Of a stretch of DNA of 64,000 nt, positions 40,201 through 54,340 are shown piece after piece. Positions within the stretch are counted from its first letter, which is position 1. Every line of letters begins with the position of its first letter. This DNA comes from Octopus bimaculoides (lineage: Eukaryota): contig NC_068992.1 of NCBI RefSeq assembly GCF_001194135.2, positions 44,554,971-44,618,970 of the forward strand, written 5' to 3'. The translations under genes and the position numbers were made by a program. The notes beneath the pieces are model-generated. The model made no database searches. It worked only from the letters and a program-made list of their open reading frames with translations, and was not told the DNA's origin.

Positions 40201-41899
40201 TCAGACATGCGCAGAAGGGTTGGCGTCACCTTCAGCCCAAAAGATTTTGCCCACACGGTATTAGTTTTGAGGGGAGAAAATAAAGACGGAAACTTTCTGA
40301 ATGGACCTCTTATGCTTTGAGTAATATGATTGAAAAATAGCATAAAGATAGTAGCTGGAGAATTCTGACAAAATTTCTAAAACTTACACAAGGCAACACC
40401 AATCATTGAAGAGGTCTAAAGCCGATTGAATCAATTGTTCATGTGCAGTTTATCGATCACAGAGGAATAAAAAACGAATTTGATTCCGGACAGAATTCAT
40501 CGAAGAAAATTGAAGGGTCGAAGTTAAATATTACATTTAATCTAAATGTCTCTGTACGAGAAGCTACAATAATTATAATCTGTCATGCGATGATAAAAAC
40601 GAAACTGAAGGAGTTCTATTTATATCCAAATTTATATCCAAGTTGATTGTAGAGGCAAAAATTGGTTTCTAAAGGATTCTTTAAGACACTTGAGAATCTA
40701 CTGGAAGAGATGTAAACTACGAAAATAATTACTTTTAATTACAAAGAATATTGAATTAATACTAATGTAAAGCTGAAGTCGTTAACGGTAGAAGTTTAAT
40801 GCAGATAAAAAAAAAACTCTGATGTTCTGAGAAAATTAGAATTATCAAGAACATGCTTAGACAAGATATTTTACACTCATAGCCATTTTATTTAGAATTA
40901 ACTTGTCTACCAACCCATTACATTCAATTTATATTTGCTGTCTATTGTTTAATTTGAGCTAATTGCACAGTAAACTACTTCAATTATATATTTCATGACA
41001 ATTATGTACACTGTTGACTCTTGTCTCTTGTCTCTAAGGAACATATAGCTAAGACGTAAACATAATACAATCAATTTTATTCAAGCAAACAAATCACAAA
41101 CATAAATCTAAATATAAAATATAAATTTGTTTATCGAGAAACATTGTAATTAATCAAACTATTATATGTACGTACATCAACAAATATATCTACTCAATCA
41201 TAGAGATCAAACGATAGACAATCGCAAAAAGATTAACAGGAAAAATTATATGAACTACATAAAGTTTATTAGAATAAAGTTGCCTTGAATAAAATAAAAA
41301 AATCTTCAAAATAAAATGCCCGAAAGACACAACTGTAAATACAGTCCTTATTATCAGCACAGCGCTATGGTAAAGTTTAGCGTTCGAAGTTAAATTATAC
41401 ACAGTCTTCTTTGTAATTAAATTCAAAATAGACAAGCTTAAATAATACGGAAGTAAACAAACAAACAAGCAAAAAAAAAACCCAATAAAAAACAAACAAA
41501 AAAATAATTATTATGGAAATTCATATGTTATTTATTGCATTGAAGTGTTTCATTTTGGAATGAAAGAATTCATACTTGCCAATTCCACGGAATTATCAAT
41601 ATTTACTCCTAAAAATCAACGTTCAGTCTGTTACCAGAGATTTGTAAACAGCAGCTTGTTGATTTCTTTCCTAGCCGGAAGTGTAATCAATTTTAATCTA
41701 GTAGCCATGGTGATCGCGCAACTTCTTAGCATTCATGGATCATCATTATTTTATAAAAATCTAACTATTTTGTTGTTAACCCTCTTCAGTTTAAATGTTA
41801 CAAACATTCACTATTGGGGTTGCAAACTGACTCAAAATTCTTTATGGTGAATTTAAAGAGAAATAGTAATTGAAACACTCGGTTACTATGTGTGTGTGT

Positions 41900-42043
41900 G
41901 TGTTTGTGTGTCTGTGTTTGTTCCCCTAGCCTTGCTTGACAACCGATGCTGGTGTATTTAATGTCCCCCGTCACTTAGCGGTTCGGCAAAAGACCGATAG
42001 AATAAGTACTTGGCTTACAAAGAATAAGTCCCGGGGTCGATTT
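41900..42043 (+). mobile_element. SINE family B/C 3' half
   Basis: gtgtctgtgtttgttcccc...cttgacaaccgatgctggtg...cttagcggttcggcaaaagaccgatagaataagtact...ggggtcgattt. Confidence 0.85.
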
Positions 42044-45000
42044 TTCGCAAATTATAGTGTGGCTTATAATGCATTGCTTATGCATGCTTTTTAATTGAAA
42101 TGAATTAAGCTTTGTAAGTGTTGATTAAACATATTTATCGGGAAATTTGTAAGTTGGATTAAGAAATTTTTTTTTAAGTATCACCATTATATGTATCGAT
42201 ACTCCGGTAACATTAAGAAATCAAGTCGTGAATAAACGAAACCCTCGAATCCAACACTGTATACACAAACACACACATACACACACACACACACACAAAC
42301 ACAGTTACATATCTATGTATGTATTTACGTATGTATGTATCTACCTGCACATGTCTACGCGCATAGGTACACCATGATCTATACTTGCGCAGGTAAGGGT
42401 AATTCATATGAGAAAGAAAGTGAACAAAATGAAATACGTATAGGAAATATTGCATAGAATATGCGAAGTTTTGAAAGTCTTTCAAAAATGGTAGGTTAAT
42501 CAAATGTACTGTAGTTCGTTGTAGGATATAAATAATAGGACCACTTGCTTTTCGAGAAATTTGTAAGTTCGATTAAGAAATTTTTTTATGTACCACCATT
42601 ATAGAAGTGGCAAATTTCCAATGGCAATTTCGGAAAAGAAAATAAACTGAAAAAATGTAATGGGTTGTGTGATAATAAAATTGACTAGCTTTTCCTTGGG
42701 TGAAACCTGAGTAAGAAAATATCCTATTGCTAACAGCATTTAATTTCCTTCTTTGAGATTAGTATTTATGGTCAATTTGCGCGCACTCTTCTTTCTAATG
42801 AAGTTTTTGTCTAACTCCATTCAGATGACGTCAGTAGTATTTACGTTCGATTTTCAAACAGTCATTTCTAAACATTTGACAAATAAGATCTAAGAGTGCA
42901 CAAAAATAAAAAGAGCTTCTCTCTATTTATTTCCGTGTTTTTAGAGAGCAACGGAAATGGTGGATTTGAATAAATCCTAACACTTAAATAATGCAACATA
43001 ATGACCAGGCACACACACATACACGCACACAGATACAGTCACACTCACATATACACACACACACATACACGCACATAAGTTCAAATATAATTATGCAAGC
43101 AGTTTGAGGAACAGCTATTTACTGTGGAGCGTTTAGATTTTCAAAACTAAAACATTTCTTCAAAAACCATTTTTCATCGTAGACATAGCAACAATCTTAG
43201 ACCAATACTTTAATGTTTTGTTGCAGTCATCAGCGGACACACTCAGTTTAATACTGCGTCACAATTTCCTTTACATACACACAAACACACACATATACTT
43301 CAAACACAAACTAACACTTTTTTGCTGTGTCACCTAATTTCACGCAGACATAGAATACAACCATAAAGTGAATAACAGCAAAATTGCACGTGAAGTCAAT
43401 TATTTATTTCCTGTCCTACAGGTTTATAATTATTCCGATTCAATGCCCGTAACGAATAACTCGAATAAAAGACAAAAATGCTACGGAACTATCTCTGGAG
43501 TACTTGAAGGGGTTGATCTGGAAACCTAGAAAAGATGATCAATGATTAACCATAATTTCTAGCACGTCGACAAGAAAATATTCTGCTTTAGGGTCGAAAT
43601 GTCCAAGGAAATTTGAACACCACACGCTGTGTGAAATTGTGTGGGCATGTTTATGTGCGTGCCAGCAGTGTGATGTATTTGTAGAATTACAGACCTAGAC
43701 AAATGTTATAATCTCACAAAGTGATAAGGGATATGTGTCATAATTTCTCGTAAGGAACACTCATTTTTCCAGTAAATGCTGCACTAAAATGATGCACGAC
43801 TGAACATGTCTTCATCTGAAAAAAATCTAAAATTGCAACGGCTAACGTGTGGCACTAAATGAGAATGACGGAAAGGCTTATTAATATCTATAAATTTCTC
43901 ATCGTTCCATAAATCCAGTGTTAATTTAATGAGTTACCTAAACAATTACTCTGATGTTAATAAACGGTTATTATGAATTGCCATTCACATGACCGGAAAT
44001 TGACAAGCCATCATCTCGACAAAGATGCAAAGTTTATTATCATAAGAGCCCACAGCCACATTAAATAGTCGACATATGAAAACAAACAACGTTCAAATTG
44101 TGTAAAATTTCTCCAGCGTGGCATATATGGCTTTAAAGATACAAGGAGTCGAAGCTACACCGGTGTTATTTTCCGAAAATTAAGATTAGATGCTATTGTT
44201 GAAGTTTTTATCGAAGAGTTTTGTCTTCTAATTTCAAGCTAACCTTAAACGAACTTTTTCAACTCATTACAGTACATAAGTGAGACTGAGCCATATTATG
44301 CGTAATTAATATGCAGAACGTCTGACGTATTCATTCATCGAGTAGCTGGGATCAGTTAAGAATGCAAACAAGGTGGGAGCCTAGATGTCCACAATAACAA
44401 TGAGTGGCTTAGAGTAAAAGAAACAGACATATAAGGATGTTAATGACTATGATAATGACGACTACGATGATGAGGACGATGATAATGATGATGATAATGA
44501 TGAGGAGGATAATAGTAATAGTAAGAAGAAGAAAGAAAGAAAATGAAAGCAGTAGACGAAAAAGAAAAAGTAAGCAATAGAAGAAAAAGAAATAGAAGAC
44601 TATAATATTAAAAACTGTAGCGAAAAGAAATGACTGGACGTTCCTTGGAACCAGTGATTCGTCAAGTAAATGCAATTTATGTTTATCAGTGTGTTGTGAA
44701 GAAATTTATGGCCTGTTCTTTAATAAAACTAGAGATAGCACATGTCCTCTCTTAAGATTAATTTCTTATGCTACAAGAAGTAGTATCGGGTCGAAAATCT
44801 TGGCTTCAAGTAAAACACATCACCACATATTTATGAGAGTGAGAGGTACACAAATTCACACATCAATAGATATATACATAAACACATGCACGCACGTTCA
44901 GATATCTACATACTAACACATATACATATATACGTATATATACTACTGCACTCAAATATATAAGTAAGCATATATAGATACATACATGGTTGCTATAGCA

Positions 45001-45094
45001 ACACCGTTCTGCGTATGTCCACCCCACACACGCATATCAGCAGCATTTTTCAATTTCTTGAAAATGGGGTCATAACGCCGAAATGCCAGGTAAG

Positions 45095-45345
45095 TCTACA
45101 TTGGGCTTGGAATTTTTCAGCATTAAACTGCAAATTATTATCCTCAGCCCATCTGTAAATCGAGTCCAACTCCTGCTGCAGATGTGCAACATCGCCGGGG
45201 TTCGGTATTTTCTGCGAGACTTTCGTATCGTCTGCGTAGCTTGCAAGGGTGGCTATCCGGGCACGTGAGGGTATATCTAAGAAGGCCACTATAAAAAGCA
45301 GTGGTCCCAAGACAGTGCCCTGTGGAACACCGCTCACTACTTGTG
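45095..45345 (-). mobile_element. CR1/Jockey-group LINE reverse transcriptase fragment
   Basis: VVSGVPQGTVLGPLLFIV...SYADDTKV...LQQELDSIYRWAEDNNLQFNAEKFQ: canonical GVPQG/GPLLF and YADD motifs, uninterrupted but only about 85 aa. Confidence 0.93.
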
Positions 45346-45572
45346 TTTGCATAGAGATGGCTCTATTAGCCACTACTGTGTCTTAATTCACGATTACATA
45401 CCCTTCACTGTGCATCTTTCTCCCCACTACTTTAGTTTGAATTTTTGTGTATATATATCCCCACCACCGAAAGCTGAACAATTATCTCTCCTGTCCACAA
45501 TGATAACCATAACCGATTATCACCCCTTGGATTTTTCTACTTGTTGAATCATTCATTCATAAACTTCACACA

Positions 45573-45694
45573 CAACATGGATAAGAAAATACGTATTTAA
45601 ATAAATTTTAAAGTAATGAATAGCGAAAGCGAAACCGGTCGACAAACACAATACAAGATATGTAAAGTGTGTGCATTTTCCTTCTTTAAATTTT

Positions 45695-45731
<37 letters not shown>

Positions 45732-45734
45732 GCA
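45573..45734 (+). repeat. left arm of inverted repeat pair
   Basis: caacatggataag...gtgtgcattttccttctttaaattttta(TA)n(TG)n cgca is the reverse complement of 48620-48805 apart from a 23-bp indel and repeat-unit number. Confidence 0.95.
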
Positions 45735-47364
45735 CTCGCGCGCGTGTTCTTGCACTCCTCTACATATATATTACCATATATATATATATATATATATCAC
45801 ACCAGGATCAGACATATAAATTTACGTACAATGCGAATGTTAGCTAAAGGGTGATATCAATGTAGGATACTGCAAATATACTGTGGGTAAAAATGTATTT
45901 GAAACTGAAAGATTGTGCAAAAAGTACAAACATTGTACAAAATTTATTTCAAAAGTAAATGGCAGTTATGTACCAATTACTTCTGTAAATATAAGCAGTG
46001 CAAATATTACAAAATCTAAATGTAATCTTGCCAAATTACCGAATTGCAAAGCAAATAATTTGTGAGTACAGACATACAGAAATATATGCAACTGGGCTTA
46101 GAGTGTCGGAATCTAAAATGTCAAAAATATTCACAAATTCAAATTTACAAATGACAACTTGTCAATATGGAAAATAGAACGTTACAACATAAAAGAAGTT
46201 TTTGCGTGTAAGCAGCAAGGTACGAAACATAATTTTACAAGCGAAGATGTTTGTTGTTCTTAGATAGAATATTATAAAACCACAAATATTCAAATCACGA
46301 AATTTTAAGATAAGAAAATACAGGATTGAAGATTGTGATACAGAAATGTTAAAGTATGTCGTTCCCTCTATGTGTATGAACGTCCTGATGCGCAATAGCT
46401 ATTGGGGTTTGAGCATGCAAGAGGATGTAAGTTCGATTTTGATTTATGATTTTTGCTTACTTGTAATAATGTGGAAAATTCTTGAATGTACTGTTGGCAA
46501 GTACCATTTTGCACGTAAACCTTTTGTGTGGCACATAATCACCCATTTAATATTGCGTTTGGTTTTCGGTTAGGTTTTCACATGAGAATACGTATTTAAA
46601 GAAAGTGGTGTAAGCTTTTTTTAAATATGCTTCTGAATTAGTGAACGTATTGGTGGGACCGAAGTTTTAAAGTAGTATCTGTTAGGCAGATCTAGAGTTT
46701 GCTTCTGTTCCAGAAATTTTGTGAAGATTTCTGTTTGGTAAGCAATGGATTTTTAAGTCATAACTTGTCGATTATCAAACTGTGTGGGTAGTGTATGTAA
46801 TTAGTGTATGTAATTAATGTATGTAATTAGTGTATGTTGTGTGGTTAGTGCATGTCGAAGGTGAGTCAGACTATTCAAATAAAATTTTAGCGTTGATGCT
46901 GGCAATGTATGTGGAGAAGATAATTGTAACTAAGTTTTATGTTATTTATTTTGAATAGTCTATAGGGTTAAGTATTCATATTATTATAACAAAAATATTA
47001 AAATGTATGTGTAAGCAGGTAGTTGTTTAATATATATGTATACGTGTGTGTATGTATATGTGTTTGCACTTTATCTCTACATATGTATGTGTATATTTGA
47101 ATATATGTGTATATATCATTGCGTATTTATATGTGCACTTTTGCCTCACAACACAAAGTTGAAACCAGTAAAAGACAGCCAATGCACACTGATGGAGCAT
47201 AAGCAATTAATCAGAAGAGTAGACGTAAAATATGTCCAATATTATCAAAACAGATCATAAACTTCTTCACACTCTGATAAACATAATTCATGTTTACATC
47301 TAAAATCGCTCGTTGAATACAATCGAGCATTGAGAGCTCTCTCAGCCATTTCTTTTCTCTACAA

Positions 47365-47370
47365 ACTCCA

Positions 47371-47401
<31 letters not shown>

Positions 47402-47443
47402 CTTCTTCTTCTTCTTCTTCTTCTTCTTCTTCTTCTTCTTCTT

Positions 47444-47474
<31 letters not shown>

Positions 47475-47500
47475 ATAATAATAATGATTATAATATTAAT
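47365..47500. repeat. (CTT)n then (TAA)n
   Basis: About 36 CTT units; source of poly-L/poly-K ORFs. Confidence 0.97.
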
Positions 47501-48362
47501 AACTATAATGATATAATCGCTCAGGAACAGGCCATTCGAGAGTTGGATTCTTGTTGCGGCTTCCCCTACGGGCTTGTTTTTGATTGATTTTCTTTTCCCC
47601 AGATTGGGGTAAAGAATTTTGAAATGGAGTGTTCGGCAGAACACATCGTGAGTTATGCGTCGGCAGCCGGTAGTCGTGAGACCAACGCTACAAACACTTA
47701 GTATCACACCCTTACCCTAACACATGCATTTAAAACAATACAAGGCGACATGATATTATGAAGGTACATTCGCTATTATATTGCGTATTAGTAATTCGTA
47801 CGACAAAGAACTTTCAAAAATATCTCAATATATATATATTAATACTAAAATCATAAAAATCAATAGGAAAGATAATAGGTTATCATACAAATCTGCCTTT
47901 ACCCGAGACACAGCGCATTAAAAGCTATTTTAATGTTACCGAAGCTTATTGTGGAGCCGTTATATTTGACGTGTTTTCTCATTATTCAATCTCCACTATA
48001 GTCTTTCATATAGTCTATTTTTAGAAAATGTCATTAACATTTATCTTCGTAGATTTACAGCAGCACAATTCCATACACTTCTATTTAATAATAATTCCCT
48101 TTTACGACACTGCAGAGTCGAATACAATATAATGGCTGCGGTTGGTGAGACACGTCATCTATCAGAATCAAATTAGTTTCAGTCAAGATAACAATCAACA
48201 AATGCTGCCAATATTTTCCATATTTATATGCATATTTTTGCTGCTATTTTGTATAATGTTGTTGCTTGTTGATATTAAGAGTTGTCTTTGTGGTAGCATG
48301 AAAGTGTTTTGGTGCTGAGCCTAAAGTTTCAACTGTTACCTCTCTCCATACTCCTGAAAGAT

Positions 48363-48400
<38 letters not shown>

Positions 48401-48619
48401 NNNNNNNNNNNNNNNNNNNNNNNNNNNNNNNNNNNNNNNNNNNNNNNNNNNNNNNNNNNNNNNNNNNNNNNNNNNNNNNNNNNNNNNNNNNNNNNNNNNN
48501 NNNNNNNNNNNNNNNNNNNNNNNNNNNNNNNNNNNNNNNNNNNNNNNNNNNNNNNNNNNNNNNNNNNNNNNNNNNNNNNNNNNNNNNNNNNNNNNNNNNN
48601 NNNNNNNNNNNNNNNNNNN
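48401..48619. other. assembly gap (N run) inside (CA)n
   Basis: N run flanked by (CA)n on both sides. Confidence 1.
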
Positions 48620-48660
<41 letters not shown>

Positions 48661-48805
48661 AAAATTTAAAGAAGGAAAATGCACACACTTTACATAGTTT
48701 TAATATAATTTTTAATATATCTTGTATTGTGTTTGTCGACCGGTTTCGCTTTCGCTATTCATTACTTTAAAATTTATTTAAATACGTATTTTCTTATCCA
48801 TGTTG
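48620..48805 (-). repeat. right arm of inverted repeat pair (TG tail probably continues across the gap to about 48362)
   Basis: Reverse complement of 45573-45734 with an extra 23 bp (tattaaaaattatattaaaacta). Confidence 0.95.
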
Positions 48806-49970
48806 CTGAGTTTTCAAATACTGTCGCTATTATCGTGGTTCTTTTCCGGGTAAAAAATAGAATATAAAGCCAGTTCTTTATTTGATGATGCGGACTATTT
48901 GGATACTATGATAAAATAATTGATCGGTTATTTTATAGTATACTTTCAACAACATTTTGTTACTTCTCTGATAACTGGAGTATATATTTGAAAAAAGAAA
49001 TTCTAATATTGGCGTTTTATTCTTTCAGAGCAAGTAACTTACCGCCATTAACCGGTTTGGTCACACTCCCAATTTTCTCTATGTAAATTCAATATTGGTT
49101 AGTGCATTGTTCTCCATTGGGTTTCTAGTGAGTAACTGATTTTGGAGAGCTATCACAAGCCACCCTGCATCTCACCGCAAATATTTGCTCAACAAACTCT
49201 AACAGATTCTTTTGAACATTTGTATTTGTCCAAGAGATAAGTGGCACGTTATCTTTTATTATCTCCTTTATAATTATTCTTCACAGCCCCCCTTTTCAGC
49301 TATTGTTATTTCATTCTCGCCAAAACAAATTTTCCAGGTGCTCCAGTAATATTGATTCGGTCTTTTTGACAAATTACTCGGGTGAAAAGTTTACTATAAA
49401 GTCTCATGTTAAGATGGCATAGAAAACAATGAGAAATGAAACAAAACATTGATAGAATAAAACTTTATCCGGACGTTAGAGTTGAAATACTTATTTAATA
49501 ATATAATGCTAAAAACATTTCCTATTACGACCTGATTTCTCGATTTCATAACGTTTAAATGAAAAATATAATTTTCCAATTCATAAGAAATGAGATCATA
49601 GTCTTGTAAAGAATTCACTACATCCTAATTTCCCCAAAAATGTTAGATAGAAGACAAATGTCATTGAATATATATATTCTGTCATAATAGTTAGTGGGAA
49701 ATACATAACAAGATGCTGTTGTTATCTACTTTGGTTCAGCTTTGATAAACTTCAATGATTCCAGACATATAATGATCTATTATGGTTCTATAACTTTGAA
49801 AGGTGGTTTCACTGAAGCATTGATGTGCCTGCAGTTTTACCAACACGCATTCACACACAATGATGCTCACATTACACACACAGACATACATAAATACATA
49901 AATTCATAAATGTGCTCATTGCGCAGCCACACATATGTATGTCAATGTGTATGTATGTATGCGCATGTAT

Positions 49971-50023
<53 letters not shown>

Positions 50024-50066
50024 CACACACGTACATGTATATACGCATGCATACATATATAATATA

Positions 50067-50098
<32 letters not shown>

Positions 50099-51488
50099 GT
50101 ACATGTATGTTTGCATATATGTATCATTTGAAATTACATAATGCGGCCTGGGTATCATGAATAAATGGGATTGGAATGATTACAAAATGGCTACTCTGTA
50201 AAGAGAAGACAGTGAATATATAAAATGGAGACAAGATGATAGATATAAAATACTAAAAACAAAGTCACGGTGGTTCAAAAATCGGGTGGCCTTTACCATT
50301 AGATATAAAAAAAAAAACAACTTTACATTGTTCTTGTACAATCATTTATATAGATAAGCATATGGTATATAAGTTTTGAAAATTAGATAGAAACTGAATA
50401 GAAATATAAGTGTTTTATATACATGTATATATGCCAGAAAAATAGGTAACAATATTCTATAAACTATTTAGAAATATATAACAGCATTATATATACCAGA
50501 TAAAAGTACATATATAATAGTCAGTCCGACGATGGCTTAGCAGCCCGAAACTTCGAGATTACTGTCAACAATATTCTTGTTTAAGAATACATAATAGTCG
50601 TCAATTTATCATAATGTAAATACATAATTGAAAGGCAAATTTACACGTCCCAGCAATGGCTCCTGAGAATGTCAATGGCGTGTGCTCACGGCTGAAACAA
50701 CAGTGTCTTGTCAGAAGACAGTTCACCAATAACAAACCATTGAGTTTGAATTCTTTTTCTCCCGCATATTAGAGAGGAATATGTTTATTAACTTTCTTCT
50801 AAAAGAACAGTTCAATCACAGTGGATGTTTACATCTAGGATAAATCGGGAGACTCTAACTATTAGCTAGGCTGGTTGCTTCTATTAATGTGTAACAAAAT
50901 ATCACATTTCCATTCAATGTTTGCGATGAGAATTACACATCCACCCAAGTAAATAGCCACAAACATGCACTCATATAGAATGTGTGCTTATGTGTCTGTG
51001 AATGTATTTTCAGAGTACAGTGGGCTCATGTATATATGTATATATCAAATATATTTTGAAGCGAAACAGAGGCGAATATGGGGAAAATAATCATATTCTT
51101 GTTTTCTAACCATCAATTTTCTAAGATAATTGCTTATAAACATTACTAATGAGATAACTTCCCGTTCTTTACTCCAAACATCTCCCTTGTTCACATCTAT
51201 ATTTTCTAATTCAGTAAAGCGTTATGCATAATTAGGAATCCCTATTTTGTCCAGTTGCAGCTCAGATTCAGTTCTTTTGGCGCCAGCCTTGATCTTATGA
51301 GACTCCTGATTGTTTAAATGACAAGAACATGGATTCATACGCATTACTGTTTTTTGTCTTATAATTATTTATTTATTCATTCAATAAAAAAATTTAAAAT
51401 GTAACATTCAATTCACAATAAATATATGTTATTTATTTATTAGACGAAGCAGCTATGGCACTCATAATGTAGGTCTATATCTATAGAA

Positions 51489-51528
<40 letters not shown>

Positions 51529-51707
51529 NNNNNNNNNNNNNNNNNNNNNNNNNNNNNNNNNNNNNNNNNNNNNNNNNNNNNNNNNNNNNNNNNNNNNNNN
51601 NNNNNNNNNNNNNNNNNNNNNNNNNNNNNNNNNNNNNNNNNNNNNNNNNNNNNNNNNNNNNNNNNNNNNNNNNNNNNNNNNNNNNNNNNNNNNNNNNNNN
51701 NNNNNNN
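51529..51707. other. assembly gap (N run) inside (AT)n
   Basis: N run. Confidence 1.
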
Positions 51708-52342
51708 ATATATATATATATATATAAAGTAAAAGAATAATTGACGGCTTGATGTAATTGTCTTAAAGAAATATATCGATTGTTATAAGAAAACAATTAT
51801 TTAAGCGAAAACTGCATTGAAATGAGACCACTTCAGGAGTTACTTTTCATTGAATAAACATAAATTTCTTACTCAGACACAAGACTGGTTTCAAGCGTTC
51901 ATTCCATGAGCGGGAATCTGGTACAGTGCCTACAGAAAGCTAGCAGGAATTTAAGTACAATGTATGTGAACAATTTCTTCTCTCAAGATCTGGGTATATC
52001 AGCCATCTAAAGTCTGATGAGCTAGGCAGAAATGGAGCTGCTTGTAAGTTGGTTCTACCGCCACGCACACCTTTGTATGAAAAAGAGTAATACTGTCACA
52101 TCTACGAGCATTCTAGAAGAACGAAAGCTAGGCTTCGGTCATTGTGCTGTATATATATATTCTCCATATAGAATATACTTATAGTACCCAAGAGATTTAG
52201 ACTTGACCGGTATAGGAGTAAATGTGAGGATAAGTAAGTAAGACAGATCAACGTATAAAGTGTATTAAATACATGGAAAACAAAAAAAAATGTATGTATG
52301 TTTACATACGTAAAGGTCTGATTAAACACAGAATACAAATGA

Positions 52343-52699
52343 TACTTATTTTATCGAACTCGAAAGGATGAAAAGTCGACTTCGGTGGGGTTTGAACTCA
52401 GAATGTAAAGACAGACGAATTGCCACTATGCATTTTGTCCAACGCGCTAACGATTCTGCCAGCTCGCCGTCATGATAATAATAAAAATCCTTTCTACTAT
52501 GGTCACAAGTCCTGAAATTTTTGGATGAGGGTGATAGTCGATTAAATCGACCCCAGTGCACAACTAGTACTTATTTTATCGACTCCTAAAGGATGAAAGG
52601 CAATATCGACCTCGGCGGAATTTGATATGAGAACGTAAAGACGGATGACATGCGGCTAGACATTTTGTCCAGGGTCTAAGGATTCTGCCAGCTCGCTGC
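52343..52699 (-). mobile_element. two tandem SINE family A copies
   Basis: Both end in gattctgccagctcgc (head on minus strand); joined by atgataataataaaaa. Confidence 0.88.
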
Positions 52700-54340
52700 A
52701 ATACAATCAGGCATGAGTAGAATAAAAGGATTCCCGGTGATGGCTGGCAAAAAATTGAGTCAGAAGAAAATGATATAAAACAGAGGAAATCTTTGCTAAC
52801 GACAATTAAGGTTTGGCAAATGTACAGTCGATTCTTCGAAGCCCCTAATTTTTGGAGTGCAACACAAAAATCATTTAGACCAAATCGATAGTTAGCGGGA
52901 AAAGGGGGAAGGAAAGAGGGATGACAAATTAGGTGGGAGAGGGAGAAAGAGGTGGGGGCTTCAGTCGAGTAGAACACCAACCAGCTCACTGAATTTTCAA
53001 ACCAGCTGTATGTGCTTAACGAGAAGAAAATTTAGGCCAACGGAGTCCATTCAACACAGTTCAAAATAGCAATTATAGACATTTAATATTGCGCAGATGG
53101 GAGTTGAAACTTTTAAAATGCGTCGGTTCGCAGGAGACACTTCACTTTATGGCCATAGCTTTTCTCATTGAGGTAAAAAAAAAAAAAGCCTAAATATTTC
53201 GCTGCTTTTTATTTTGTTTTTCAAAAAATGTCATTTGAGTTTGAATATTTTGTTGCAGATAAAAAAATGATGATTTCGTTTGACTATACACAGATTAGCT
53301 CTCATTGTCAGACAAGACTAAGTAGTTGATTGATTGAACTTAGAAGAGGGATAAGTGGGGAGGTCAACTCCACTGGATTTTAAAGTCAGAAATTGTGAAA
53401 AAAAAAACAAAAAACCCCCCAAAATGGCTGTACTGTATTTCGTCAGACGCTCTGTAAAGTTTAACCAACTATAGAAAACTATAATTTAATATTTTGAAAT
53501 GACGGTTATTGACTGTCATCATTCAACTGTGAGCTCACCTCTACCCTTTCTTTTATTAATAGAATTGTTGTAGCGAGCGTCATCGCTTTAGAAATTTTTA
53601 TCGAAACAAAAAGTACAGTGAGGAACTGTTGAGCTGTAAAATGTGCCATAATAGTAAAATGTGTCGATGAAATATGAGCAGATGTTGAATACATCAAGAC
53701 AAGTAGAAATCTTTGAATCAATTGAAATAACAACCAAGGAAGAAGAAGAAGAAGAAGAAGAAGAAGAAGAAGAAGAAGAAGAAGAAAAAGGAGAAGGAAA
53801 AAAAAAAGAAGTGGCGCATACAATTATGTAATCTAAATCAATCAATGATTGGTACTTGCTGCCAGCCTATAAAACCAATATTTTAGCAAAAGTAATGTGT
53901 TTCTCAATCTACCGTTTTGATTCTTTAATTAATTTCCTTTATTTCTCTTCGATTAGTTAACTTAATATTTCTTCATTATCAGTAATGATTGAGAACTAAT
54001 CCCATCTTCAATTACCCAGAAATATTTAGGCGACGGAAAAAAAAAATGATTAAAATGATTATTCATCAAATATTTCTTATGAAAAATGAATTTTCTTTCT
54101 GTTCTTAATAAGCTCCTTGGTTGATCAGTTAGGACAATTGAAACCTCTCACTTGCAAGTGTCTTCTACATTTTATAAAGCCAGAAATGACACTTAATTTT
54201 ACACTCTGTGACTTGTCTACCGATATATGTTGAAAAGAAGATTAAATTGATGCTATTGCAAGGAATGTGTCACTGTAAAATTAAGGATACTGTTTTGGGA
54301 TATCTGGCTTAGATAATAATAATAATACCAATAATATTTG

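Noticed and set aside
40183-40240. TACGAGG mariner-like terminus
   Set aside because: No partner terminus or transposase sequence found nearby.
41190-41850. Two 101-aa hydrophobic ORFs resembling membrane proteins
   Set aside because: T-rich strands give F/L/I-rich frames by chance; no family motif or splice support.
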